In this document: one piece after another, positions 1 through 14,993 of the stretch | Layout of the letters: every line of letters starts with the position of its first letter | How positions within the stretch are numbered: position 1 is the stretch's first letter | DNA from: the human T2T-CHM13v2.0 reference genome, Homo sapiens | DNA: 64,000 nucleotides | Direction: 5' to 3' (one strand) | Assembly (NCBI RefSeq): GCF_009914755.1 | Contig: NC_060944.1 | Made by a program: the position numbers and the translations under genes | The notes under the pieces: generated by a model | The model's database searches: none | Seen by the model: the letters and a program-made list of their open reading frames with translations, nothing else | What the model was told of the DNA's origin: nothing

Positions 1-650
1 AGAATACTCTCAAACTCATTTCATGAGGCCGATGTTACCATGACTTAAAAGCTAGACGAAGACAACACAATAAAAAATAATTACAGACCAGTATCCTTAA
101 TGAATATAGATGCAAAAATTCTCAATAAAATACAAACTAGCAAACTGAATTCAAAAGCACATTGAAAAGGTCATACACCATGACCAATTGGAATTTATGT
201 ATGGGATACAAGGATGTTTCAATGTGTAAAAATTAATAATGTGATATACCACATTAACAGAACAAAAGATAAAAATAACATTCCAATAGATGCAGAAAAC
301 ACATTTGACAAAATTCAATATACTTTCATGATAAAACTCTCAACAAAATAAGTATACAAGAAACTTACCTCAACACTATAAAGGCTGTATATGAAAAACC
401 TATATCTAATATTATAATCAATGGGGAAAAACTGAAAGCTTTTTCTTTACTATCTGGAACAAGACAAGGATGTCTACTCTCATCACTCCTATTCAACATA
501 GTACTGGAAGTCCTAGCCAGAGCAATCAGGCAAGAGAAAAAAAAGGCATCAAAATTGAAAGGAAGGATATAGTTACCTCTGTTAACAGAAGACAGGATTA
601 TTATACATTAAAAACTCTAAAGACTCCACAGAAAATGGTTAGAAATAATA

Positions 651-874
651 CAGTCAGTCTTTCATATCTGCTGGGGATTTGTTTCAGGACCCCCTCAGAT
701 AACAAAATCTGTGATGATCAACTCCCTCATATAAAATTGTGTACAGTTGACCCTATGTATCCATGGGTCCACATCTGTGGATTCAAAACACCACAGATGG
801 AAAATATGTACAAGTTAGGTTCATGGTTGATTGAGTTAATGGTTGCAGAACCCATTGATATGAAGGACTGACTA
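651..874. mobile_element. MER2-family (TcMar-Tigger) MITE inserted in L1
   Basis: Terminal inverted repeats cagtcagtc...gactgacta flanked by TA; internal ggggatttgtttcaggacccc...aaaatctgtg resembles MER2 consensus. Confidence 0.8.
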
Positions 875-2170
875 TATAATAAATATACTAAAGTTGTAGG
901 ATACACAATTGACATACAAAAATCATTGCTATTTCTAAACACTAACAATGAATTGTCTGAAAGGGAAATTTAAAAAACAGTGTCAAATAAACTACTTTGG
1001 AACTAACTGACCAAAGAAGTGAAAGACTTAAACACTACAAATTATAAAAGATTGATGACAGAAATTTAAACCAAAGTAAATTGAAAGACAACCCATGGAT
1101 TGAAAGAGTTAGTACTGTATTATTAAAGTGTCCATATTACTCAAAGCAATCTACACATTTAATGTAATCCATATCAAAATCCCAATGGTACTCTCACAGA
1201 AATAGAAAAAAATGATCCTAAAATTCATATAGAATCACAAAAATCCCTGAGTGGCTGAAGCTATTTTGAGCAAGAACAGAGCTACAGGTATCACAGTTCC
1301 TGATTTCAAATTAAATTACAAAGCTGTAGAAAGAAAAACACTGTGGTACTGGCATAAAAACAGACACATAAACCAGTGAAACAAAATAGAGAACCTAGGC
1401 ATAACCCACACATTTGCAACCATTGATCACCCTGGAAGGTGACAAGGAGACACTATAGGCAGAGGATATGCTCTTGACCAAATGGTGTTAGGAAAGCTGG
1501 ATGTCTACATGTAACAGAATGAAATCGGATCCCTAGCTCAAGCCTTATGTAAAAATTAACTCAAAATGGATCAAACGTTTAAATGTAATCACTGAAACCA
1601 CAAAACTCCTGGAAGAAGACAGGAGAAAACATTCTTGACATTGGTCTTGGCAATAATTTGTTTAGATATGATTCCAAAAGCACAGGCAACAAAGGCAAAA
1701 TAGATAAATGAATTACATCGAACTAAAAAGCTTATGCACAGCAAGGAAAACAACTAGTGAAATGATAAGGCCACCTATGAAATGGGGAAAATGTTTGTAA
1801 ACCATATCTCTTATAAGGAGTTCAAAAAATAAGAAGGACACACACACATCAATTCCAAAATTATAAATAACCTAATTTTATTTTAAGGCAAAGAACCTAA
1901 ATAAATACATCTCCAAAGAAGAAATTCAAATGGCTAACAGGTATAAGAAAATGTGCTCAACATCTCTAAACTTCAGAGTAATGCAAATCAAAACCACAAT
2001 GAGATATCATGTCACACCTGTTAAAATGGCTATTATCAAAAAGAGAAGAGATAAGTGTTGGTAAGAATGTGGAGAAAAGGAAACCATTAAACACTATTGA
2101 TGGGAATGCAAATTAGTAAAACACAGAAAACAGTATCGAGGTTCCTCCAAAAAAAATGGAAAATAGCACT

Positions 2171-2454
2171 GGCCTGGTGTGATGGCTCACACCTGTAATC
2201 CCAGGATTTGGGGAAGCCAAGGCAGGAGGCCAGGAGCTCCAGACCAGCCTAGGTAACATAGCAAGACCCCATCTCAGAAAAAAAATTAAAATTAGCCCGA
2301 TATGGTGTTGTACACCTGTAGTCCCAGCTACTCAGGAGGCTGAGGTAGGAGGATCGCTTGAGCCCAGGAGTTCAAGGCTGCAATGAGCTATGATATTGCC
2401 ACTGGACTTTACCCTGGATGACAGAGTGGGACCGATTTCAAAAATAAAAAAAAA
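2171..2454 (+). mobile_element. AluJ
   Basis: Dimeric Alu with J-type ggaggatcgcttgagcccaggagttcaaggctgca and an A tail. Confidence 0.92.
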
Positions 2455-3304
2455 GAACTACCACATAATCCAACAATTTCACTTTTGGATATATGTCCAG
2501 TGAAATTGACATAAGAGTCTTAGAGAGGTGTCTGTCATCCCGTTCATTGCAGCATGACACACAATGACCAAAATATGAAAATAACCTAAATGTCCTTTGG
2601 CAGAGGAACAGATGAATGGGTAAAGAAAATGTGATGTGTATACATAAAATGAAATATTATACAACCTTAAAAAAGAAGGAAATCCTTCTATTTGTGAAAA
2701 CATGGATGGAGCTGGAAGATATTGCGCCAAGCAAAAATGCAAGACACAGAGACAACTACTTCATGATCTTACTTACATGTGGAATCTACAACAGTCAAAT
2801 TCTTAAAAACGGAGACTAGGACAGTGGTTGCCAGGAGCTCAGGGAGGGGAAATGGGGTGATGTTAATTAAATTGTGCAATGTTCAAGTTATAATAATTTC
2901 TGGAGATATAATGCACAACATGGAACTACACTGTATCATATTCTTGTGTTCTGCTAAAGGACTAGATCATAAATTAATTACTGTCAACACACACACAATG
3001 GTAAATATGTAGAGATAATATGCTAATTTGCTTGATCATGGTGAGCCTTTCAAAAAGTATAGAAATATCAAAACATTAAGTTACCTTAAATTTATACAAT
3101 TTGTATATGTCATGTTATTATGATAAAGCTGTTAAGAAAGATTTAGTAAATCATGTCTACAACCTGGGAACTTTCTCATGACAGGGAGGGCTGCAGTAGG
3201 AAAATGGAATTTTGCAACAAGGATAGGGTGAGGGACATGGGAAATGATTGATCAAGTATTTAAGAAATGACCTGGGTGGAAGCTACATCAAAGGGTATGA
3301 GCTT

Positions 3305-3795
3305 TAGCGCATCAGTCCGTAAACTTTTTGGTTTCAGGAACACTTAACATTTTTAAGAGTTATTGAGGACCCCAAAGAGCTTTTATTTATTTGGATTATG
3401 TCTATCTATATTTATCATATTAAACATTAAAACTGAGAAATTAAAAAAATAATATACTTATATGTTTACGTAAATCACATTTTTACTTAAAATTATCATT
3501 TTTAAGCAGTAAAGTTGGTGAGAACAGTGACATTGTTTTATATTTTTAGGTATGTCTTTAATGTCTGGTTTAATAGAAGAAGACTTGGTTCTCCTTTCTG
3601 CTTCTATGTTTAATTTCTTGTGACATCCCACGTCAGGTAGCCTCTGGGAAACTCCAATTATACTTGTGAGAGAATGAAAGTGGAAAAGGTAAACAAAACC
3701 TGTGTATTTTTATGAAAAGACTTTTGCCCTTGCAGAGCCCCTGGAAGGGACTCAGGGACTTCTCAGGGTTCTCTGGCTCATGTGTTCATAGAGTA
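3305..3795. mobile_element. hAT-Charlie DNA transposon remnant (Charlie4a-like)
   Basis: aaactttttggtttcagga...ttattgaggaccccaaagagcttttt matches the recalled Charlie4a 5' end. Confidence 0.7.
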
Positions 3796-4187
3796 GAGGG
3801 TAAGTCCGCAAGAGAAAGCAGTGATTGGCTGTGGGAGGTCTTGCTGAGAGGTGGTAGAAAAGAGGTTGGATGTGGAGAAAGTATGGTCCTTGTTTTCATT
3901 TCTTTTCCCTTTCCTTTGGCCTCTTGTTGCTGGGATTTCCTCTTTAGATGACCGTATCATAAATTAGAAACAGCATTAATGAACATTCTTGATACTGCCT
4001 AATGAAAGTTTTTGTTTTGTCTTCCTGAGTCTTGATACATTTCAAGAAGTCTTCTATCTCATTTATTTTTCCCACCCAAATTTGGAATTTAGGAAGAGTC
4101 GATATAGCTATATTTAGATGATTTATCTCCCTGAAGACATTTTGGGATCATTTATAAATCTCTATAAATAATGCTCTGATGTCCCTG

Positions 4188-4490
4188 TATTTTGTTTAGA
4201 GACTGGGTCTTGCCGTGTTGTCTGGAGTGGAGTGGCTCGAGCGTAGCTCACAATACACAATACAATCAAACTCCTGGGCTCAAAGTGATCCTTCCACTCA
4301 GCCTCCACAGTAGCTAGGTCTGCAGGTGTGTGCCAGCACGCCTAGCTTTTGATTACTATTATCATTTTTGTAGAAATGGGGGTTTCATTATGCTGCCCAG
4401 GCTGGTTTTCCGACTCTTGGCCTCAAGTGATCCTCCTGCCTTCCGTCATCTGAGGAGCTGAGATTACAGGTGTAAGCCACCATGCTGGTC
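4188..4490 (-). mobile_element. AluJ
   Basis: Diverged reverse-complement Alu; ctgatgtc repeated on both sides. Confidence 0.88.
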
Positions 4491-4552
4491 CTGATGTCAT
4501 TTAAATACAAACATGATACTATATTCCTTGTAGAAAGTGCTACATAAATATA

Positions 4553-4842
4553 ATTTTTTTGAAATAGGGTCTTGCTGTGTCACCCAGGCTGGAATGCAGT
4601 GGTATGATCACACTCACTGCAGCCTGGACCTACTGGGCTTAAGCAATCCTCCCACCTCAGCCTTCCAAGTAGCTGGCTCCTGAGTTATGAGCCACTAAGC
4701 CCAGAGAATTTTTCAATTTTTGGTAAAGATCGGCGTGTCACTGTGTTGTCCAGGCTGGTCTTGAACTCTTAGGCTCAAGTTACCCTCCGCCCAGGTGTCC
4801 CAAAGTGCTGGGATTACAGGCCTGAACCACTGCACCGGGTCC
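4553..4842 (-). mobile_element. AluJ
   Basis: Reverse-complement Alu ending caaagtgctgggattacaggcctgaaccactgcaccggg. Confidence 0.9.
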
Positions 4843-6215
4843 TAAAAATTCATTCACTTTCTTTTTTTGTCCACAAGGTACTGCTGTTTCCCTTCTAATA
4901 ACATGAGACCGCTCACTTGAGAACATCAAGAACACGACATTCTCTAAAATAAATCACAGTAGTTCCTTTCCCATAACTATTAAGTTTTCAAGGTGTTATC
5001 AGGTTTATTTCATAGAAAGAATGTGTAAAATTTTTCATGTAGAAACATAATCTTTTAGCAATGAGTTAGTTAAAAAATTGGCATTGTCAGAATGAAGATT
5101 TCCTTTTCCCTATAATTTTATTTATTATAATTATATTTTTAATGATATGAATTGCTTTATAAAAACTCATTACATTATATACCCAATGACTGTGAAATCG
5201 TCTGCTTTGAAGCACAGTAAAATCATCAATCAGCATAGTGGGTCTAACACAGTTCCTTCCATTTTAAGAAAGCTATTTACACTCCAATTTGCAAGTTGGA
5301 CTTTACAAAAATTAAAACATTTATAAAATATACTAACTATGATTGTTTTAAAAAGTAATGTTTTTTTATGGTAAGGAAATAAATTGAAGCTTTGTGTTGG
5401 AAAATGCAGAAAACAAATCGGCATTCTTTATAAATAGATCTTACTGCTGGTTTAGAAATTACCTTATGTGCTTTATAGATGATGGAAAATGAGATCAGCT
5501 GCAGTTAGCAGTGTGCATGCATCGTATTTGCTTTGTCACTTTCAGAAAGGTTATGGAATATTGGCAGGTCAGGATTCTCAAAATGATAAGTTCTAAGAAA
5601 AGGCTAAATGAAAAAGAATTTTAAAAGCAAGCCTAGTTGTTTAATATATACATGGACGAGTTATGGGGAAATCCTGGACTGGGAGCTAGCAGATCTATGT
5701 TCTGACTTTTACTAAGTCATTGGCTGCTACAGCAGGCCAAGCAGACATAACTGCCAAGGCTGCCTGGGAGTTGGGTTGATTGGCAATTGGCACAGGGAGA
5801 GAGGACAATTGCCAGAGTAATGGCCAAATATTCAGGTTTCATGTTCAGTGAAGCAGGACGTGCATTTGTATCCCAAGGGCAAAACTGAAGCTAGAATCTG
5901 GGCCTCCTGGCTGAATCTGAGTCCACAGTCTGATGAGTAGGATGAAGTAGTCTCAGAAATCCAAGCCAGCCAGAACCCATGAGGTGTGCTCTGCAGATAT
6001 TGGCTGGTGAGCTGCATTAAGATGTTTCATTCCATTGAGCAAACATTCTTTGGTTGGTTAGGTTAGCATCCCACAAGAGCAGAGACAAATTCTTCAGAAT
6101 TTGTCCATGAAGCTATAGTCCCAGAGCTTATATTTCAAGGGAGGAGGGAAGAAACAGCATCTCAGGATGGTAGGTGATTACAGCTAAACTGAATTCTGAA
6201 AATAAAAGGAGCCCT

Positions 6216-6490
6216 ATGTCTTTGTCTGCTCAGGCTGCTGCTACAAACAACTGTAGACTGAGTGGCTTAAACAGCATATACTTGTTTCTCACAGTTGTGG
6301 GAATTCAATGATTAAAATCTGGACCAGCAGAGCCAGTGTCTGGTGAAGGCCCTCTTACTGGTTTGCAGGTGTTCTTGTTGTATCTTCACATGGCTGAGAG
6401 AAGAGGGCTCTAGTCTTCTGCTCTTCTTATTAGGATGCTAACCCCATTGTGGGAACTCCAACCTCATCAAAATCAAATTACATCCCAAAG
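6216..6490 (-). mobile_element. MLT1A-type MaLR LTR (partial)
   Basis: tgtctttgtctgctcaggctgct...agactgagtggcttaaacagc...ttctcacagtt...gtgtctggtgaaggcc is the reverse complement of an MLT1A LTR. Confidence 0.78.
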
Positions 6491-6799
6491 TGCAGTGCAC
6501 AGCATCTAATCTAATCAAATCAGTTGTCCCTTGAATAAAATTCTAGCTCCTATAACAAGACTTCAAATTATGACTTGGTTGTTGCCAAAACTGTCTATCT
6601 GGATTTGCTAGAAATCAAATATACTTGAATATTTCCTCTAAAGATTTTCTTATTCCTACCCTATTGTTTATATTTACAGAATTCTTAAATAATTACATAT
6701 ACAAGGCTTCTATTAGCTCTGACAAGAGCTTCTATTAGCTTTGACTATCGCAAGCAGCTTTATAGCACTGTAGGTAAAAGCATGTGCTTTGAAATCATA

Positions 6800-7030
6800 C
6801 AATAAATTTATTAAATGCTAAGCACTTTATATTCACTATTTAATTTTATCATCTTAATCACCTTCATTATTACCTCCATTAAACCCTATTTGTTGGCTAC
6901 TTATATTATTCTGATTTTGCAAATCTAAATTTGAGAGGCTTTCCCTATGTCACATAAGTTAATAAGTGGCATAGCTGGGATTTGAATTAAAGTCTACCTG
7001 ATTCCAAGATCTATTTACCATTGTTCTACA
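6800..7030 (-). mobile_element. MIR remnant
   Basis: tttattaaatgctaagcact...aagtggcatagctgggatttgaa. Confidence 0.6.
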
Positions 7031-7939
7031 ATATGTACTTTTTAGGTCCCTGAGGATGCTAACAGCCTTTCTTTTGAAATCTGCCTTCTTTCTGGATAGC
7101 AGCTTTATTAATATGTGATTAGGGCACCATATTTCAGGCAACAAATTCTTCGAAATCTTTCATTTCCATAGTGAGATAAGGATCAGTTCTGTGGCACTGT
7201 CAGCCAGAAAACATCATTTGGAGACAATCTTGTACAAGAAGTAGAAGATACAGCTGGGGGCCTGCGGAGGACAGAAAGCTCACAGCTTCTGTCCATACCC
7301 CTTTCACTTCCTCCTCAAGGAGATGGACCTCTGTGGTTGGTCAAGCTTAAGGATCTTTTATGGGCCACAGCTAATGGTGAAATCTTCCTAACTCTAGGTG
7401 AAGATTAATGGGCAAGTTGGAGAGTTAAGGTAGCTTGTGGCTGCTCCTTTTAGAAGAAAGTCTGATCATTGCTCTCTTATTTGTGGAACCCTTCTGTTCC
7501 CCCAAATGCTTGATAAGACATGCCTGAGGACCAATCCTGTGTCAGTAGACTTCATATCTACTCTCTTCTACCAATCACACAACTACAGACAAATAAGAAA
7601 AATAAAACAAAGCTCAGACACACTCCCCTGGCATGGAGGCCACTCTCTGGCTGGCTGCTTTTCTCTACCCTGGCACCTCCTGGGCATTTGGCTCTTTCTT
7701 AGATCAAAGCGAGACATGGGTTTGGGATTAAAGAGAAGTAGGTGAAAGGGGTCTCTGGCCTGTTTTGGCATTAGACCATGTAAATAACAGAGTTCTGGCT
7801 TAAGCTCAGCTCTGTAGAGCTTTCTCTGTGTTTGGGGAAAATCTCCGATAGTAATGAAGTGATATTTTACTGTGCTTCGTTTTCTGTACATATATCTCTT
7901 TCTTAGGTATGTTGTGAGGAGATTCGTTCCCTGGACGAA

Positions 7940-8320
7940 TATATTTCTCAAATAATAAGACTTGAAAGTCAAAATGATGCCTCAATCCATGGACTACAGA
8001 ATAGATGTTGTGTTGGCAGGCATGAAACCAGCATGTGTTTCCCTGTACATCTCCATTAGAACTCTTTAGTCACCAGGTACATTGTCAAAAAGCTGAAGTA
8101 TTTGAAGTGAATCTTTTTTTCTGAGCTGTAGGTCTCAACAGTGGGATTAAAATACTCAGTAACCCATGCAGTAAACAGCTCTGATATCATCCAAGTGTTG
8201 TTGTTCCATTTATAGAGCAGGGGTAGTGTAGATTTAACATAATTCTTAAGAGGTGCCCTAGGATTTATGGAATAACAAATGAGCATTGGCTTGTAACAAG
8301 AAAGTCAGCCTGTCCTTTAA
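7940..8320 (-). mobile_element. Tigger1 transposase fragment (DDE_1 region, decayed)
   Basis: ORF 8056-8286(-) [52 protein letters not shown] matches Tigger1/TIGD1-type transposase. Confidence 0.92.
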
Positions 8321-8322
8321 AT

Positions 8323-8628
8323 CTTTTTCTTTTTCTTGCTATAAGGTCTCACTCCATTACCCAGGCTGCATTGCAGTGGCATGATCTTGGCCCACTCCAT
8401 ACTTGACCTCCTTGGCCCCACAATCCTCCCACCTCAGCCTCCTGAGTAGCTGGGACTAGTAGCATGCACCACCATACATGGCTTATTTTTATTTATTTAT
8501 TTATTTATTTTAGAGACAGGGTTTCACCATGTTGCCCAGGCTGGTCTGAAGCTCCTAAGCTCAAGCCATTCCCCCACTTCAGCCTCACAGAATGCTGGGA
8601 TTGCTGGCGTGATCCACTCTGTCTGGCC
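8323..8628 (-). mobile_element. AluJ
   Basis: Diverged reverse-complement Alu. Confidence 0.88.
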
Positions 8629-9087
8629 TCTAAATTCGTGTTATGGAGACTCATTTTCATGGTTAAAATGTCCTGAATTGACTGTGGCCTGTTGGGAGGC
8701 GGGATGGAGGAAACTACTTATGGAAAATGAAGAAGAAAGGGAAGCACACCAGAAGCAAGAAAGTGTCATCAATTTTTACATCATGGACTCCATGATAAAA
8801 AGAAAGTACAGGTGGCTTGTTATCAAGGCTGACCATTGGACTGTGGACTGCACCTACATCTACCAGGTTCTTCTGCATAGTCCCAGTTTTAAATTTTTGA
8901 CCTGATATTCATGAACACAGTGCTACTGGTCAGACCTTTGTCCAGGTTTAAGCTTCAGAACATAATGTCTTCATGCAGTGGGAGGCCTGGTTAGGGTTAT
9001 GACTCTGCCCTGGGGCATCTGCCCCTTCTGACCTGGAGGTAAACTTGGCATCTACTACTTACCTCTACACTTGAACAGCCAAGGATG

Positions 9088-9729
<642 letters not shown>

Positions 9730-9953
9730 AATAATGTTTTCTACAAGCAAGGAGTTACTTTGTACTGTGAACTGGTGTGAAGGGATCCCCCATGTGTAAG
9801 CTTTTGGATTGATGACAGTTATTTCTAGATCACAGAGGTGGGAATGCTTGTTGATCATCTTCTGTGTTCTTTGTTATATTGATTGATTTTTTAAAATTAG
9901 CATTTTTATAACAATAAAGTCATAAAAATAAGTAACTAAAATAAAGTAATCTA

Positions 9954-10260
<307 letters not shown>

Positions 10261-11222
10261 TTTAATGTAATCGAGTTGAATATTTAAACTTTTAATTGAC
10301 ATTTCAAATTAGATTCTAATTCCACTTAAAAGAGCATCTCATAGAAGCAAATGTACTCAATTATATTAACTCTGTGGTTTCATTTAAGCAATTTGTTTTG
10401 TGAAGGGACACAAAGCCAACCAGATTTTAACAGTGTATAAATATGTATTTATTAATTTAATTACAAGGACAATACTCTCAACTCCCCATTTGAATATAGG
10501 AGAGAATCTGATCTGTGTTCTGGGACATCATGCACTATAGGTGTGTGGAAATACCGATGCCCTCAGCTGTGTGGCAGGCTCAGTGGGACCTGGAGTGCAG
10601 GAGCCCCTGGGCCATTCACCTCTGGCCACAAAAGTCATTGTCCATTTACCCCCAACTGCTATAGAAATACTATTTTCAGTGGTTGTTATGATGCAAAAGA
10701 AAAGAAGAAGGGAGATTTATTAAACTTTTACATGTAAGATATGTTAGTAAAGAAAGTCTACTTTCTTCTGGCTTAACTAAAAATCTATACTAGTATTTAT
10801 GCCTTTTGGAAATTAGAGATGTCAATTTAAATATTATGAAGCAAAGCAACTGAGTATTAGGTAAGACAGCCAAATACAACTGCAGAATTGTAGAGGTTTT
10901 GTGTTACATGTATAAGAATATTTCATAGCAATAATCTTTTAAGACTCTGAAGACACTCCACAGTGAAGCAGAAATTAGAACAGAATTAATAATACTGTGT
11001 ATGCTCTCAGTTCACCAATTTATCAAAACTAGCTTTATGATTCAGGAGGGTGTCTGCTCTTTTGCAATTGGAAGAAAAGAAAGAATATTTTATTTTTTGA
11101 CTCTTTAGATTTTCTTCACTAACAGTATTTCCAAGGCTAAGTAAGGGGGTTGCAAGTAACGCTAAGAGAAAAAAGCAGTCTTGAGTAGCTTTTTAAAAAT
11201 GGTCTTAAAATATGGAAAATGA

Positions 11223-11511
11223 AGCCAGGTGTGGTGGCTCACTCTTGTGATCCCAGCACTTTGGGAGCCTGAGGTGGGAGGATTGCTTGAGGCCAAAAGT
11301 TTGAGACCAGCCTGGGCAGCATAGCAAGATCCCCATCATTGCAAAAAACAATTTTTTAAAAAAATTAGCTGGATATGGTGGTGCATGCCTTAGAGTCCCA
11401 GTTACTTGGGAGGCTGAGGTAGGAGGAGTTCTTGAGCCCAGGAGTTCAAGTCTGAAGTGAGCTATCATTGCACCACTGTCCTCAAGCCTGGGCAACAAAG
11501 TGAGACCTCTG

Positions 11512-11520
<9 letters not shown>
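11223..11520 (+). mobile_element. AluJ
   Basis: Full dimer, J-type right arm. Confidence 0.9.
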
Positions 11521-11593
<73 letters not shown>

Positions 11594-11640
11594 AATATAT
11601 AATATATATAATTTCCATATATATGTATATATACATATAT
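11516..11640. repeat. Compound (CT)n(TA)n microsatellite replacing the Alu tail
   Basis: Directly visible. Confidence 0.95.
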
Positions 11641-12116
11641 GGAAAAGGGAAGGGGCCAATAATATCAAAGACATTGAAGAAAAGGAAAGATTTGTCCTGC
11701 CAAATATCAGGACTTTTATAAAGCTACAGCAATTAAGACAGTGTGGTCCTCACTGATACACTGACTAGTGAAACAGAATAGAGTTCCCAAGCAAATCTCC
11801 ACAAATTTAATCTTCGATATGTGATGTAGGTGACATGGCAGATCAGCAAGGAAAGAAAGGACTTTTCAATAAATAGAATAGAAAAATAATGGTTATTGAT
11901 ATAAGAAACAAAATGAAATTATATTCCTACTTCATTCTATATACAAACATTAAATTCCAGATGGACAAAAGACTTACATGTCAGAAAAAAACTTTAAAAC
12001 TTTTAGTAGAAAATGTAAGTGAATGAGACACAAAAAGCCATTTAACCATTAAAAAAGAGTAGACATTTTGACTATCACAAAATTAAGAACTTTTTACATC
12101 AAAAAGTGGAAAGATA

Positions 12117-12404
12117 GGCTGGGTACAGTGTCTCAAGCCTGTAATCCCAACAGTACATCACCTGAGATCAGGAGTTTGAGACCAGGCTGGCCAACATGGT
12201 GAAACCCCATCTCTACTAAAAATACAAGAAATTAGCCAGGTATTAGTGGCAGACACCTGTAATCCCAGCTACTTGGGAAGCTAAGGCACGAGAATGGTCT
12301 GAACCCGAGAGGTGGAGGTTGCAGTGAGCCACTGCACTCCAGCCTGAATGACAGAGCGAGACTCTGTCTCAAAAACAAAAAATAGAAATTAAAAAATAAA
12401 AGTA
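12117..12404 (+). mobile_element. AluS
   Basis: Dimer; TSD aaaaagtg(g/a)aaagata. Confidence 0.92.
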
Positions 12405-12685
12405 AAAAAGTGAAAAGATAAACTATAAATTAGAGAAGATATTTGCAGTAACTGAAACCTACAAAAGATTAATATCATATCAACTAAGTATAAGGAGCTC
12501 CTATGAATTAATTTTAAAAATAGCAACCCAACAGAAAATTGGGAAAAGACATTAATAGGGATTTCACAAAAGAGAAAGCCTGCAAAACATAAAAATTTTC
12601 TCAACCTCATTAGTAATCAGGGAAATGCACAAGATACTTCACATCTATTGTTTCCACAAATATTAAGAAGTTTGACAATACGAAA

Positions 12686-14993
12686 TGTATTAGTCCATAT
12701 TCACACTGCTGATAAAGACCTACCTGAGACAGGGAAGAAAAAGAGGCTTAGTTGGTTTAAGGGTTCCACATGGCAGAGGAGGCCTCAGAGTTATGGCGGT
12801 GGATGAACAGCACTTCTTACATGGCAGTGGCAAGAGAATATGAGAAGGAGGCAAAAGAAGCAAAAGATGAAACCACTGATAAACCCATCAGATCTTGTGA
12901 GATTTATTCACTATCACAAGAATAGCATGGGAAAGACTGGCCCTAAAGATTCAACTACCTCCCCCTGGTTCCCTCCCCGAACACATGGGAATCCTGAGCA
13001 ATACAATTCAAGTTGAGATGTGGGTAGGGACATAGTCAAACCATATTATTCTGCTCCTGGCCCCTCCAAATCTCATGTCCTCAGACTTCAAAACCGATCA
13101 TGCCTTCCCAACAGTCCCCCAAAGTCTTAAATCATTTCAGTATTAACCCAAATGTCCACTTTCCAGTCTCATCTGAGACAAGGCAAGTCTCTTCTGCCTA
13201 TGACCCTGTAAAATCCAAATCAAGCTAGTTACTTCCTAGATACAATGGGGGTACAGGTAATTGAGTAAATACAGCCATTCCAAATGGGAGAAATTTGCCA
13301 AAACAAAGGGATTACAGGCCCCATGCAAGTCCAAAATCCAGCAAGGTAGTCAAATTTTAAAGCTCCAAAATGATCTCCTTTGACTCCATGTTTCACATCA
13401 AGGTCATGCTGATGCAAGACGTGGGCTCCCACAGCCTTGGGTAGTTCTGCCCCTGTGGCTTTGCAGGGTATAGCCCACCTCCTGGCTGTTTTCATGGGCT
13501 GATGTTGAGTGTCCACAGCTTTTCCAGGCTCATGGTGAAAGCTGTCAGTGAATCTACCATTCTGGGGTCTGGAGGAGAGTGGCCCTCTCCTCACAGCTGC
13601 ACTAGGAAGTGCCCCAGTAGGGACTCTGTATAGGGGCTCTGACCCCACATTTCTCTTCTGCACAGCCCTAGCAGAGGTTCTCCATCAGAGCACCACCCCT
13701 GCAGCAAACTTCTGCTTGGACATCCAGGTGTTTTCAAACATCCTCTGAAATCTAGGTGGAGGTTTCCAAACCTCAATTCTTGACTTCTATGCATGTGCAG
13801 GCTGAACACAACATGGAAGCTGCCAAGGCTTGGTGCTTGCACTCTCAAGGCCATGGCCTGGGTTCTATGTTGTCCCCTTTCAGCCATGGCTGGAGGGGCT
13901 GAAACACAGAGATACAAAGCCCTAGTCTACACACAGCACAGTGAACCTGGCCCAGCCCAGAAATCCATTTTATCCTCCTAGGCCCCCGGCTTGTGATAGG
14001 AGGGGCTTCTGTGATGACCTATGACATGTCCTGTAGACATTTTCCCCATTGTTTTTGGGATTAACATTCAGCTTCTTGTTACTTATGCAAATTTCTGCAG
14101 ACAGCTTGAATTTATCCTCAGAAAATGGGATTTTCTTCTCTATCACATTGTCAGGCTGCAAATTTTCCAAAACTGTATGCTCTGCTTCCTTTATAAAACC
14201 GAAGGCCTTTAACATCACCCAAGTCACCTCTTGAATGCTTTACTGCTTAGAAATTTCTTCCAGCAGATACCCTAAATTATCATTCTCAAGTTAAAAGTTC
14301 CACAAATCTCTAGGACAGGGGCAAAATGCTGCCATTCTCTTTGCTAAAACATAACGAGAGTTACCTTTGCTCCAGTTCACAACAAGTTCCTCATCTCCAT
14401 CTGAGACCACCTCGGCCTGGACCTTATTGTTCAAAACACTATCAGCACTTTTGTCAAAGTCATTCAGCAAGTCTCTAGGAGGTTCCAAATTTTCCCACAT
14501 TTTCCGGTGTTCTTCTGAGCCCTCCAAACTGTTCCAATCTCTGCCTGTTACCAAGTTTCAAAGTCACTTGCACATTTTTGGGTATCTTTTCAGGAGCACC
14601 CCACTCCACTGGTATCAATTTACTGTATTAGTCTGTTTTCACACTGCTGATAAAGACATACCCAAGTCTGAGAAGAAAAAGAGGTGTAAAGAAAAAGAAC
14701 TGTAATTGTATTTACAGTCCCACATGGTGGGGGAGGCCTCAGAGTCATGGCAGGAGGTAAAAGGCACTTCTTACATGGCAGCAGCAAGAGAAAATGAGGA
14801 GGAAGCCAAAGCAGAAACTCCTGATAAACCCATCAGATCTCATGAGACTTATTCACTATCATGAGAATCATACAGGAAAGACTGGCCTCTGTGGTTCAAT
14901 TACCTCACCCTGGGTCCCTCCCCTAACATGTGGGAATTCTGGGAGATAGAATTCAACCTGGGATTTGGGTGTGGACACAGCCAAACCATATCA
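12686..14993 (-). mobile_element. Full-length THE1 (THE1B/C-like) MaLR: LTR 12686-13048, internal 13049-14623, LTR 14624-14993
   Basis: Two homologous LTRs tgtattagtc...aaaccatat(c/t)a flank a ~1.6 kb MaLR internal region; degenerate 5-bp TSD cgaaa/ccata. Confidence 0.95.

Larger units (their letters stand above)
1..3135 (+). mobile_element. Old LINE-1 (L1MA/L1MB class): degenerate ORF2 RT/C-terminal region and 3' UTR, interrupted by MER2 and AluJ
   Basis: L1 ORF2-like text (gaatatagatgcaaaaattctcaataaaatac; tctggaacaagacaaggatg; atgcaaatcaaaaccacaatgagatatc) with frame disruptions; 3' UTR ends at a decayed polyA signal (gataaagctg) near 3125. Confidence 0.93.

Noticed and set aside
8056-8286. 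Transposase-like ORF as a possible TIGD-family gene
   Set aside because: Short, frameshifted, Alu-truncated Tigger1 fragment.
10541-10732. Possible + strand exon (tag|GTGT...CAT|gtaaga)
   Set aside because: Weak polypyrimidine tract, no partner exons and no recognisable product; cannot be supported without RNA data.
13229-14705. ORFs of 60-144 aa
   Set aside because: Fragments of the decayed THE1 internal ORF.
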